Of a DNA stretch of 64,000 bases, positions 1-11,549 are shown in pieces (within the stretch, counting starts at the first letter, position 1; the number at the start of each line of letters is the position of its first letter). Location: positions 2,418,001 through 2,482,000 of the forward strand of contig JAYWIR010000026.1 in NCBI GenBank assembly GCA_036172245.1, in the 5' to 3' direction. The translations under genes and the position numbers were made by a program. The DNA is from Raillietiella orientalis (Eukaryota). The notes under the pieces are model-generated. The model had not been told where the DNA came from. It made no database searches and saw only the letters and a list, made by a program, of their open reading frames with translations.

Positions 1-276
1 TACTCATGAACAAGGAGGATTTTGGGTGATACGAATGTGCTGAAAATCAAAAATTAAATAATCACAAGCCTTTGTCAGCTTTTTATGTAAAACTACTCAG
101 AAAAACTTAAACACAAGGCCACAGATTCGCACATCTGAAGGAAAAAAAAAAAACCTGTGCATCGTGGTAACTGAAAACGACGCGTCTCCATTTTCTTTTA
201 ATTTCTCTTTAAAGGAACAAAATCCCATTTTTACAACAAATACATCAATATAAAAATCAACCAAACCATACATTAC

Positions 277-660
277 CGTTGTCTTTCAAGCTCTGCTAAT
301 CTTTCAACTTCTTCTAATTTTTTCAGTCGTTTCCTGGGTATAGTATCTGAATCTTCACTTGATGTACTTGTTATAGACATAGATCTTCTCCTAAAACAAA
401 GGTATACATCTAGCTAAGTACTCCAAGCTTTTAACAGTCAACTGGCTACAAATATACAATTCAAGTTAGATAGTGCTTAAACTGCCACCCATCATTCACA
501 TCTATTTCAACTATGAAAATAACCTTTCTTTGTATTTATTTTTGGGTACTTTATCTTTTGATTTCGATCTCGAACGAGATCTTCTACCCATGTATTTGGT
601 ACGATAACGTCTTTTCGGTGTTACACTCCTGCTTATGCTTCTGCTTCTCGACTTTCCCAT
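277..660 (-). CDS. ARGLU1: Arginine/glutamate-rich protein 1, first two coding exons (660-524, 390-277); gene continues off the left edge
   Basis: Spliced translation MGKSRSRSISRSVTPKRRYRTKYMGRRSRSRSKSKDK...RRSMSITSTSSEDSDTIPRKRLKKLEEVERLAELERQR: RS-rich N-terminus followed by the AELERQR motif that starts the ARGLU1 Glu-rich coiled coil; GT-AG intron with matching phase 2. Confidence 0.8.
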
Positions 661-2139
661 ATTATAAGTCTTTCATCGAGAAACTATCATCCGAGAGCAC
701 ATTTTGCAGGAAATGAAGAAAACACAAAAACAAAAACGACTCTGCTTAAGTTAGCAAATCCAACCAGAAAACAATCAAAATAATTCATCCCATTTTAGGC
801 TACTCCAAACATACAAAGCTACTTTTGCAATAAAATGGAGATCCACTAATGAAACGTAAAAGTATTACCAATATCATCCAATGCTGCAAGAAGATACATT
901 TTATTCTTGCGGGTGCACATGTAAACATTTTAAACTTAAATGAAACCGTTAATTGGATTTCCATAGTAATAAACATAGTTATAAAATTAATATTAGTGCT
1001 GTATCTATTTCCAATTTTAACACATGTCGATCTCAAATTACATAATCATGAAAATATTTCGTCTCCAATTTGATTACTTCACTTGAGGCTCTTTCCTTTC
1101 AACATATCCAAAACTAAAACTAGAGTTCACACCATTTGCATGTTGCAAAGCCACCTAGAAAGGGAAAGAAAGTTTTAAAGCTGTAGGGAGTGAAAAACTT
1201 AATTAGTTGCGCGTTTCTATATTCTACTTCTATGAAGCACAGTTTCCTCAGGAAAAAGGCTATCTTGGCAGAACATTCTCTGAGAAATTGAGGTTTTTTT
1301 GAAAGCATCATTGTAGCATGCTATGAGGTTATTTCTTCGAGAATTCGAACGTCACTGCCTAAAGTCGCATTGGAACTTAATGTTCAGTCTCAACTTAACT
1401 GCATCGAATTCATAGACTTGTTTCTATATAAGTTCATATACTCTACCTTGGTTCATTTTTTTTCTTTCTTAGTTCATCACGTACGCGAATCACTGTATTT
1501 AGAACTTATTTATTTTTAAAAATGCACTCATCGAAGGAAAGGTTTCATTCCTAACCATTTCAAGTCAGCACTCTATATTGTATCATGCTGATTTCAAAGA
1601 TGCTAGAGATCTCTTCTTGTGTTCCCCTATTCCAAAAAGTGAACACGTTTGATTTACTCTTCTTATTTGTGAGTTATCTTTAATTTGCATTGCTCTTTTA
1701 TATTGATTATGAAGTTCGATTTTTTTGATGTCTTGAGACATGATAATGATTTTAAAAGCTTTCCTTAGAAGTGAAAATGGATGTTTTAGAATTTGTGTGA
1801 GCGTTGTAATGGACACTGCATAAACTTTCCTGTGAAGTGGATCCACTTAGAAAGCACTCACTGCTTATGGATAAAAAAATGAAACAAGACATCAAGAAGT
1901 GAAGTCCTCGAGTGAGACCAGAGTGACGAGTGTCAGTTTAGAAAGAAACTTTGGGAGGTTCTGGATACTTTTCACTAAATTACTGCGATGGAGTTGCCGA
2001 TTGTTCATGAATTCTGGAAATAAGATTATAGACACTTTAGATTCTCATTTTTTTTCTCAGAAATTGAAGATAATTCCAGATTTCCAGATTCGAAAGTAAC
2101 AAATCTAATTTTCTAAGATCAAGGACTTTCACTTTATTT

Positions 2140-2720
2140 TTTATTTCTATTTATTTTGATTTTTTAGACATTGTGGAATATGATGGATTCGGTGCTCATT
2201 CCATAATTTTGTGTGATAGTAACCAACGATGGATTTCCATAGTGTGTGGTTAACGAGAGTATATGGTTAGTGTTGTTAGAGTTTTTATTATTCTATTCAC
2301 CTGTATTTTCTCTTCTGTGTGATGCAGTTGGGTGAATACGTGATTTATGAAAATTAAATTGCAGCTTTCCACACTCTTCAGTTCTGAATCTGTTGAGCAC
2401 ATAAGTGATCTGAATGTGATAAAGACAGTTATTCACCATGTATCGTTCTGTTACAGTAGGCTTTCTTTGTATTCGATACTACTGAGCTCTACTTTTTACC
2501 TACTTTCACTGCAAAGAATTACGGAAGACTATTGATCTTGAATAAAAGTCTTGTTTGGAAGGATTCTAAGAAACTTCGATGGAACCGGTTTGCTGTTATA
2601 TTCCCACAGTCCTTCTTTATTCATCTGAGAGAGTTCACCATTCGTTTGAATGAAACTTCTGTGAAGCTTGGATAGGTTTGCGATAGGTTTCTGTTAAGGT
2701 TTTGCTTATCCAATTCTATG
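2140..2720 (-). mobile_element. Possible decayed 3' end of a non-LTR retrotransposon (L2/CR1-like)
   Basis: With frameshifts the minus strand reads roughly THYGKSIVGYYHTKLWNE followed by an A-rich tail, resembling the KLWN motif at the end of L2/Crack ORF2; many stops. Confidence 0.25.
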
Positions 2721-3082
2721 CAGTTTATTGTGGCAACTATTAGAGATAGAAATTTTTTTTTTGTAACGTCCTAATGTATAGGACGTGAGTTACCTGTTGG
2801 TGAAAGTTGTTGTTCTGTTACCATTATTTTTGATATTGCGATGATTGGTTTCCTTTTTTTAGTCATGTGAAGTGATAATTAGTTGATGACGTGATACATG
2901 AATGTGTGTATGTGAATGCCAAGTTGTTTTAGAGCACTGACAGAATTTACGCTTGCTGTTACTTCTGTCGGTTTGTCGGTGCTGAGACAGGTGGTGTTTA
3001 AATGCAAACTCATGTAACCCATAGATTTCCCATGTGCTTTTTATCTTAAGAGTTTAAGATTATCTTGAAGTACGTTATTACA

Positions 3083-5019
3083 ATGGAAGTGGATAATGAA
3101 AACGTTGGTTTTAATAACGTGATGGCAGGAACTGGTACAGTTGGAAGTGTATCGGTGTCATTACATCCTCTAGTGATTATGAATGTGGCCGAACATTGGA
3201 CACGCTGGAAAGCACAAGAAGGAATTCCCCAACAAGGTTTGTTGAAATTTTAATGTAAAAGACTATTCAGAAATGATTCACTCAGAAATACGGTTGCTTC
3301 CCGTCGTACTCTCGTTGAGATTAGGTGTTTGTAGGGTTGAAATCGGATGCCAGGGAGTATTCTTTATTCATTTCGTAGTTTTGCAGTATCCGACATTTCT
3401 TTGGCAACATTCTGAGATGTGTCGGTCCATAGTGATTCCTTTATTCGATCAACAGGCACGTTGAACATCAGTTGCAAATTTGTTTGGTCACAGTACATGG
3501 AGATGCTTTGGCTTTTTGACATTTTCTTAGTAGCATTTCAAATACTTATAAGTTTTGAAGTTGATTTTTTCGCATTGTTAGATCTCTTTAAAAGTGATTT
3601 TACATCTAAAGTGTTCAGGTTGGGTATCCAGAAGGTTTTCTAAGTTTGTGAGGAGCAACTCTGAGAACTGTGAGTGTACAGGCAAATATACATAAGTATT
3701 TCCAACCCCAAACCATTTTCAGATGTAGGAGTTTATATGAATTTTGAGATTTGATAACTTTTATTACCACAAGATTACGGTTATAAAAAAATACATTGAA
3801 AACTGGTTTCATCCTGTAAACAGGATTTTTTTAGTCATTCAGATACACAACTATTAGTAAAATTTATGTTATTACACATTAGGTGTGTAGTGATATGTGA
3901 AAAGCTGTCCTTTGAGATATGTTTAGCCAACTTGATAATGATTTTATCTGCTTTACATTTCTGAAAATGAGAAATAACATATATGTAAGCCTGTTTTATA
4001 AAAAATGTCTGACATTATGAATCCAAGTTACAAATTTGAAATTTTAGTGATTGGAGCATTAATTGGAAAACAGAGAGGCAGAAATTTAGAAATTATGAAT
4101 TCATTTGAATTGCATTTTGAGTACATTGATGGCAGCATCATTGTTGACCGTGATTATTACAACACAAAAGAACAGCAATGTAAGTTGGAGTTGATGCTTT
4201 TTGTCATAATAATTGTTGCATTTAGTTAAACAGGTATTCAGTGATATGGACTTCTTAGGATGGTATACAACAGGAGATGTCCCTAATGAAAATGATATTA
4301 AAATTCAAAAACAAATTTGTGAAATCAATGAAAGTCCAATCATGCTGAAGCTAAACCCTTCTTCCCGTCAATCAGAAGTATATATTGTGTACATCAATAC
4401 CTAATTAAACTGCCATTAACTTGTCTGCAGTTACCAGTTAGCATGTATGAATCAGTGATTGACTTGGTGAATGGAGAAGCTACAATGCTATTTGTACCTC
4501 TTACATATACAGTTGCAACAGAAGAAGCTGAACGGATTGGAGTGGACCATATTGCTAGATTATCAAATAGTGAAAACGGAGAAGTGTCATTAGGTTAATA
4601 CCATGTGAACATAAGTTTGGCTGTTTAGAAATTGCTTGTAGTATCTGATCATCTGTTGGCCCAGCATGGTGCTATCAAGATGCTTCATAGCCGAATACAA
4701 ATTATTCTTCGCTATCTTGAGGCTGTTGATAAAGGACAGTTAGCCTACAAGCATGACATTGTGCGCTCAGCTTACAGCTTGCTTCATAAGCTTCCTGTTC
4801 TGGATTCTGCAGCATTCAAGAGAGAATTTTATATGGTATGTTATTAAGAGGAAAAAGTCTATAAAGCATAAATTTTAGCAATGCAATGATGTTAGCCTGA
4901 TTACATACTTGGGAATTATAAGCAAGTGCTGTCATAGCATGAATCAGTTTGTCAACAAATTTAATGTTCTCTATGATAGACAAGGCATGGGTAGAAGAAT
5001 GCGAGGTCTCTTCTTCTAA
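3083..5019 (+). CDS. COPS6: COP9 signalosome subunit 6 (exons 3083-3236, 4048-4179, 4226-4377, 4431-4593, 4642-4835, 4879-5019)
   Basis: MPN domain [17 protein letters not shown]...[22 protein letters not shown]...[21 protein letters not shown] and C-terminus [21 protein letters not shown]; five GT-AG introns, four of 43-53 nt, all frame-consistent. Confidence 0.97.
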
Positions 5020-5080
5020 TTTTGCAAAGAAACATGGAAATGATGCTGATGTCAGTTCATATATTAAATTCCTATTGTAA

Positions 5081-5099
5081 GAAATAAATTTTTTATTTC
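5081..5099. terminator. Inverted repeat GAAATAAA-TTT-TTTATTTC giving an AATAAA poly(A) signal on each strand
   Basis: AATAAA at 5083-5088 (+) and TTTATT at 5092-5097, inside the 94-nt gap between the convergent COPS6 and CEP85-like stop codons. Confidence 0.7.
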
Positions 5100-5113
5100 G
5101 AAATAGCATTTCT

Positions 5114-6510
5114 TTAAATTCCATGAATATTTGAAGACATTTCCTGTGCCACTAAACTTGCTGCCAAATCTAGTAGCTGTGAACGGATGCCTTTTACTTT
5201 AGCACTTATTTGTAACAGATTAGCAAGAATTGTATCATTTTCTTGATCCTTTTCTGAAACTTCATGATGTAAAAAATTTTGCTCAAAGAACAAATCCAAG
5301 CTGACTGTTCTTCCTTCAATAATCTGTTCAGTTGCAAGAGTTAGTATAGTAAGTTCATTTGTTAGAGTATGTGCCAAATGACTGATCTGAAGCCATTTGT
5401 TGATGTTATTTTTCTCTGTAAGTACATTTAGCAAATGAATCTGATCTTCAAGTCGTGCATTTTTTTTCCGTTCCTAAATATGAGACATTTTTTTCACTTT
5501 ACTTTCCATTTCCTTAAGTAGCTCACCAATTCTAATTCCAGGTTGCAATGACTAATTTCTTTACATAGAGCATCCCTGGTATCCTCCAGAGCTTTGTTCT
5601 CTTTTTCATGAGACATGCATTGTTGTTTTAGTAACAAGATTGCACTTTCATGAGATTTTAGTTGCAAGAGATGTTGGGACTTTTCGATTTTTGACAGCTA
5701 CTCTTTTTCATTAGGACAAAAGTGATCGTCTCCCAGCTTACCTTGTGCAATTCCTTAATTTTGTTGCCTAGTAAAAGGATTTCTGCATCTTTATGTTGGG
5801 CTGCTTCGTGTATTTCATGCATGTCAGATATCTTGAGATATTTTTTCAAATCATGGACTGTGAGCTGCAGATTCTGCATCTGGGACTCTGTTGTCTCCTT
5901 CTCTTTCTCCAGATTGCAGACCTTATTTGATGTCTCATCCAAAAGATTTTGCAGTTTTTCACAGCGCCCATTTAACTTGGCCTTATCTACAAGCAACTGA
6001 TTACATTGCACAAGTCAAGAAATAACAGATGTTTCTTAAAGTAAAGGATATGTATTTTTGTAAAGCTTCCATTTCACTCTGCAAAGGCAGTTGTGAGATA
6101 TACCGTTGCAAGCCTTGCATAGCAGCTTGTATTTTTTGCTGCTCTGATACATGGTATTGCTTTTCTTTACTTAGTGTTGCATTTGTGCGCTCTAGTGTTT
6201 GCAGATGTTTTTTCAAGCATTTCTCCTTACATTTGGAATCGTTAACTAAATGTGTTTTTTCGATAAGCAAATGATCTAACTTATGTTCAGTTTGCCTAAT
6301 GTGTGACAGCTGGAGCATTGCTTTCTTACAATGATGTTCACCTCACCCTAACATTGCAGACAATTTGTTGTGACTATCTTGTAGGGCATTCAGTTGCACT
6401 TGTTGATTTTTGATTAGGGCTTCCTTCTCCCGAATTTGCAAGCGTAATAAATGAAGCTGAATTTTCACTCTAGCATTAGAAGTGCTTTCTTTGCACTGTC
6501 CTTCCAGCAT
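5114..6510 (-). CDS. CEP85/CEP85L-family coiled-coil protein, ~400 aa (exons 6510-6347, 6295-6052, ~6005-5742, 5697-5527, 5473-5114)
   Basis: Continuous coiled-coil frame after splicing. MQGLQRYISQLPLQSE resembles CEP85 IETLERYLADLPTLED. The C-terminus IIEGRTVSLDLFF...VKGIRSQLLDLAASLVAQEMSSN resembles the CEP85 tail (QGxDPNLSLLL...YAQDMG). True N-terminus uncertain. Confidence 0.6.
6000..6051 (-). other. U12-type (minor) intron in the CEP85-like gene; 3' end at 6006 (AA), 6000 (AT) or 5997 (AG)
   Basis: Minus strand: TAC|ATATCCTTT donor at 6051-6043 and branch-point-like TTCTTGAC at 6021-6014; an intron is needed here to join ORFs 6001-6318 and 5658-6011. Confidence 0.8.
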
Positions 6511-6645
6511 ACTTCCAGTCAGATTTCAATCAAAAGTGTCATAACATGTTTTGTGTATTAAATGTGTTATTCTAAGATCAAATCAAACATCAAATTAGCA
6601 AGATCTGTTTTCTATTAATAATTAAAAATAAATAATCGCATGACT

Positions 6646-9600
6646 TTAGTATTCCAGTGTACTTGCATCCCCAACATATTCACAAACACAATCATAATCC
6701 AGAGTGATTACTGTTGTGCAATCTTGCATAAGCTGCACACTGGCCAAGTTTTTGTGCTTGTCTTTACTTAAGATTTTGCCCAACTGGAACAAAAACGTGC
6801 AATAATTATCTAAAATGCAAGAGTCCTTTATATTTCTTACCTGTCCTTTATATTTCCCTCCTAAGATCATGACACACGAATCAGTTTTTGGAATCACTGT
6901 TTCCAACATGGCAGCAGATATATTGTCAAGAAGCTGAGCATCCTCAGTCTGGCACAAAGCGTTGTTTGGAGACAATACATCCAAAACAACCACCTATTAA
7001 CCATTATAAGCTGATGTGAGAAGTGAGAAGTTTTTTTAGTTACTTTGGACTTGTAGAATTGACCATTCCTAAATTTTGCATCAATCATACGAACTTTGAG
7101 ATATGGCCTTAACCAAATTGCATCACCATGTTGTTGCCTTGAATCACTGACTCTACTAAAACAATAAAATTATCAAATACCACCAATCCAAAAATTTTAT
7201 GCTATCATTCTATCCACCTATTCTTATTATCGGCAGGACGTTTAACTGAAACTGCTGCTGGTGAGTGTATTTTTTCGTTTGGTGTTTCATGAGATGAGCT
7301 GTTGATGCCTTTGTCTTTGTCTTTGTATTTTTTATATTTTTTCTTATCTGTATCAAACAAACAATATTATTAAATAAAATGCAACATGACATTACTTAAT
7401 ACACGACTGAACTCCTTATATTCTTTGGCTGGTACAAGATGCAAATGGAGCTCACCAATAGTAATTACAGCACCAGAAATAGCAAGTTTAACTATGACTC
7501 TTCCTGTTTCTTCATCCAATCCTTGCACCTATTAGTATATGATTATGTGAAAGTAAAAACACTATACTGACCAGTCCATACAGATCTTTATATGGACCAT
7601 GATCAATGCAAACATGAGAACCAGCTTTTAAAATTGTAAAAGCATCTTCAGCTTTTCCTTTTCCTTTCAAGGCTGCTCGAGGATCAGCTCCTAAGCCTAA
7701 TCCTTTAGGACGTAACTCAACTTCTACAGGTTTGACAACCCTTAAAAATGCAAACATAATTTTGCTACATAACAAAGAAGATTTGAATAAAAAAAAAATA
7801 AACAAGAATACTGAATCCGCTTATTTCAAGTAGTTACACAAATGAGACGATATTTCTATGAATTTCGAACTTATATAATTTCTTATTCCTAATGATCTTC
7901 AGCTCATTTCCTTTTAATGGTGAACAAAATCGCGAAATTGTCGATCTTCTTTAAGTATAATTTGTGCATATCTAATTTACTACACCAGTCACACATTTGG
8001 CAGACAACTTTTTGCTTTTTATATTACACACGGTCTTATATCAATCAAGTACTTTTATTTGTAATCCTGCAGCAAAAACATGCATGGATGTCCAAAAGTT
8101 CTGATCATTTCAACTAAAAGGCATCATTCATAAAAAATCTCAACATCACTCATTATAATATTAGAGTATACCTTGCAGTAACAATAATCGATTTCATAGG
8201 CACTTTATTCAACAGGATAGGAAAGAAAACACTCCTTATGAACCACTGAACAATGCTATGACATAAATTACTCAGTTATTCTTAAAAATTTATCAAACTA
8301 CTAAGCATTTATGTATGTGTACATACAGAAAAAAAAAAAAAACACATACAAAATAAAGTAAAGCATGAAAATAATACATATGCCATAGAGCTGTCAAACA
8401 GAAAGAGGGCATACTACATGTGATCACTGACTGTAATGCAATCATAATGACAATCTAAATAAAATAACACATACACAATGATTCAGTTTCCTTGCTGTTT
8501 TTCAAGTAATAAAGACTTAATAAATATTAAGGTAAAGAAATGTTGTTAGCAAGTCAGAAACTAAAGTTTGCACATTACAGGCATAGCTTAAACATATTTG
8601 AAAGGAGATGAAGAAATGCTAAGTAGGGAGAGTGAGAGAAAAAAAGCAAAAATATGATAAATATGAAACATGAGTGTACTTGGGAATAAGTTAACTATCA
8701 AAGATAAGTTGAATGCAATGCATCTTTCTTTCTTCAACATATGCTACATTACATAGGCAATGCAACAGCAATCTAAACATAAATGAATGATAGCAAAGAT
8801 TTGACAAAGTTCCACAAGACCACTTACTGTTTTCTACTTCTTCCAATTCCTTCTCCTGGCTTCCAGCCCATTCCCTTTAGAAGAGCAATTCCAAACTGCT
8901 CTACTGGAACTTCCACATAATCTGCAAGTGTAGCCTTAAGATACCCAAAAAATTAATGCACTACATATTCTCTTAAATGTCCTTACTTCACTAGGATAAG
9001 TTTTCTGAGATCTCTGTGACACTGTATCCAATTCTTGATTGATTACAATCTTTTCTTCCTCTGTTTGTACAGGGACACATTTACATTCTATAATTCAAAT
9101 AATTCAAGTGAGAAAATCTAGAAGTCAACTTTTACTTTAAGAATTACTTTAGTGGTCAAAAACATCAACACCCTCACCAATTTGACTAATAACATCAAGA
9201 AATCTAATACTTAAGATATCCTAGTTTCAAAGATGTTTCTAACATATATTTTGACCAAATCCCCATTTGTGTATTAAAACTATAATGATAAGAAGACAAA
9301 CTAGGAAAATGTCGCACTCAAGTCAAAGCAATGAAATGCTTTACGCAGTCTTGTGGATATCAATAAAATACATACGAGATCAAAATGATATGCAATGCAA
9401 TACATCTTTGTTACATGAATATACTTGTATGCTTTAAAGTAAAACTAGGGTCCCAAATCTCCATCTATTCATGCATTTGCAAAAAATATTTCATACTTAA
9501 TCCACTTAAATATCTAATACGAAAAATTGTACGGAAAGACATACAACCGAGTTCGTAAAATGGAATTTGACAATACATTATCTGGCAACGCCGTTATACA

Positions 9601-10148
9601 TGTACATGTGAACTTTTCTTACCTTCTAATAATTCCTTTGTTGCTAACTGATCTAACGTTAATTCTGATTCCTGAGAATTTGAATTGACTTTCGAAACAT
9701 TTGAGTCTCCAGCATTTTCATTGTTCTTTGGTACACTATTAGAAAGAGCATTTATCCATGCAGATTCTAATAAAGGTATCACCAATTCGTTTTTTTCTCT
9801 TTTTCTTTTTACACTAAAAATATGATAATTACAAGAGCATTTTTTTTTTTCTATAAAACTGTTTTGGAGAATCAGGTATGCATTATCACAAGGGGATTTG
9901 TTTCTAATTCGATAATCAGATTTCGAATTAATCAAGGCAAAAAGATCTTTAAAAAATGAACTTGAAAACTGAAGTTTCCACTCCAAACTCTACCTTTTAA
10001 TCTCATTATTTTCCAAAGAATGTATGTAATCTTTTTCATTCAGATTAACTCCTGATTCTGAATGATCAGAAGTATCGTGAAAAAGCTTATGTCCCTTTTT
10101 AATTAGAGAAAATGTTACACCTGCAGGACTGGAATTTGCCGAATCCAT
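6646..10148 (-). CDS. GPKOW: G-patch domain and KOW motifs-containing protein (Spp2/MOS2 homologue), 10 exons
   Basis: [27 protein letters not shown]-terminus, G-patch [40 protein letters not shown] segments [52 protein letters not shown]. Exons 10148-9994, 9813-9623, 9087-8987, 8934-8828, 7740-7572, 7528-7396, 7347-7218, 7155-7044, 6993-6841, 6783-6646, all GT-AG. Confidence 0.95.
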
Positions 10149-11549
10149 GCCATTAGATCTGCTTATTTACAACCGTACTTTATTCACAACAACACTACTC
10201 CGTTCACTCATGTAAAATGCGTGGAGTTCTACCAAGTTCAAATTTGTTGCATCCATTTTAATGAAAACGTTATTTCCATTCTTGAAAGTAACTACCCTAA
10301 AAGCAGAATGGTCATTTATGAAAAACTGATATTTATTACAGCTTTCTAGTATTACAGAATGCATTCATACACACATTGTTTTCTGAATATTCATGGCAAA
10401 TATGTTGTTCAAAATAAAAATGATTACCAGCAATCAATAAAATGTATTTCTTGAAAACCTGATTTAATAAAAAGAGGTGAAAAAAAGAAAGGTCTAAAGT
10501 CCTTCCCTTTCGTATTTGAAATATGCTCTTGATATAAGAATTTTTACAAAGCAAGAAACGTGTATATGAATAAGCATGTGTAAAGAGAAATAAACGAAAA
10601 CATTTATTTTTAACAAAAAATGCAATTTGGAATTCATTAATAGGCATCCAACTGCATGACACCTGATACATTTGAAGTTTATTTGTCATTTTAATGTAAA
10701 TACAAAATAATTTTGTCAATAGTTTAAAGAGTTTAAACGAAACAAAAGCCTGGAAATCCATTTCAATTATATATAAACCCATTCTCATTAATATAAGGAA
10801 CATTATTCAGCATGATAATTATCATCTGAAATTATTGGAGAATAATTTAATAAATTCTGATCTATTGATCTGACAACTAGAAAAAGAGGACAATTCCAGG
10901 CCTCCTCTTTAGCTCGAGATATCACTGTTCTAGAGAAATAAGTGCCTCGCTTAACAGCATTCTTGGTACAATATACCCTCAGCCGTTCCGACAAGGCAGC
11001 AGAAAAAAATCTGCCATTTTGTCCAAACTCCACATCTTCCCTTTTACGTTGAACGCTTGTGCTCCTTGATGCATTCGCTACTGTTTGCTTCATTATCCTG
11101 CCTCATGTTATGCAGATCTTGAAAGTCCTGAGGAATCTCGTGCCATGTTGAAAATTTTCGTTTGACGTTTACTCACGTGTTGTGTTGAAAACTCTTGGTG
11201 AGACCCACGCTGAGATGGCTGCACTGTGCACAAGCTGACAACGACCTCCCTCGTTGTAAAGCCAGAACTCCTGCAATCATTTTTCTTCGTCCTTTAGAGG
11301 GACCATGCGAAAGTCACCCAAAGCAAAAAATACTCCTTGTAAATGCACTAAACAGCATCCTCTAAGAATAAGGAGACCTCGGACTTTTCCCTGCAGGGGT
11401 TCATTGAAGTATTCAGAAGAAAGGAAAAAGGAGTAGGGGAAGGGAAGATCGTATGGAAATTCATTATCCTAGTCCTCTCTTCAATCTACCTGCCTCAACA
11501 CTGAACCCAGTCCACCTGTTTAATACCAGAAGCGAAATATAAGGAAGAA

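Noticed and set aside
6343..6345. In-frame TGA in the CEP85-like gene suggesting readthrough, selenocysteine or a pseudogene
   Set aside because: It lies inside a 51-nt GT-AG intron (6346-6296, GG|GTGAGG...ATTAG|G) whose removal keeps the frame.
10336..10803. 155-aa minus-strand ORF
   Set aside because: F/L/I/K-rich translation typical of AT-rich non-coding DNA upstream of GPKOW.
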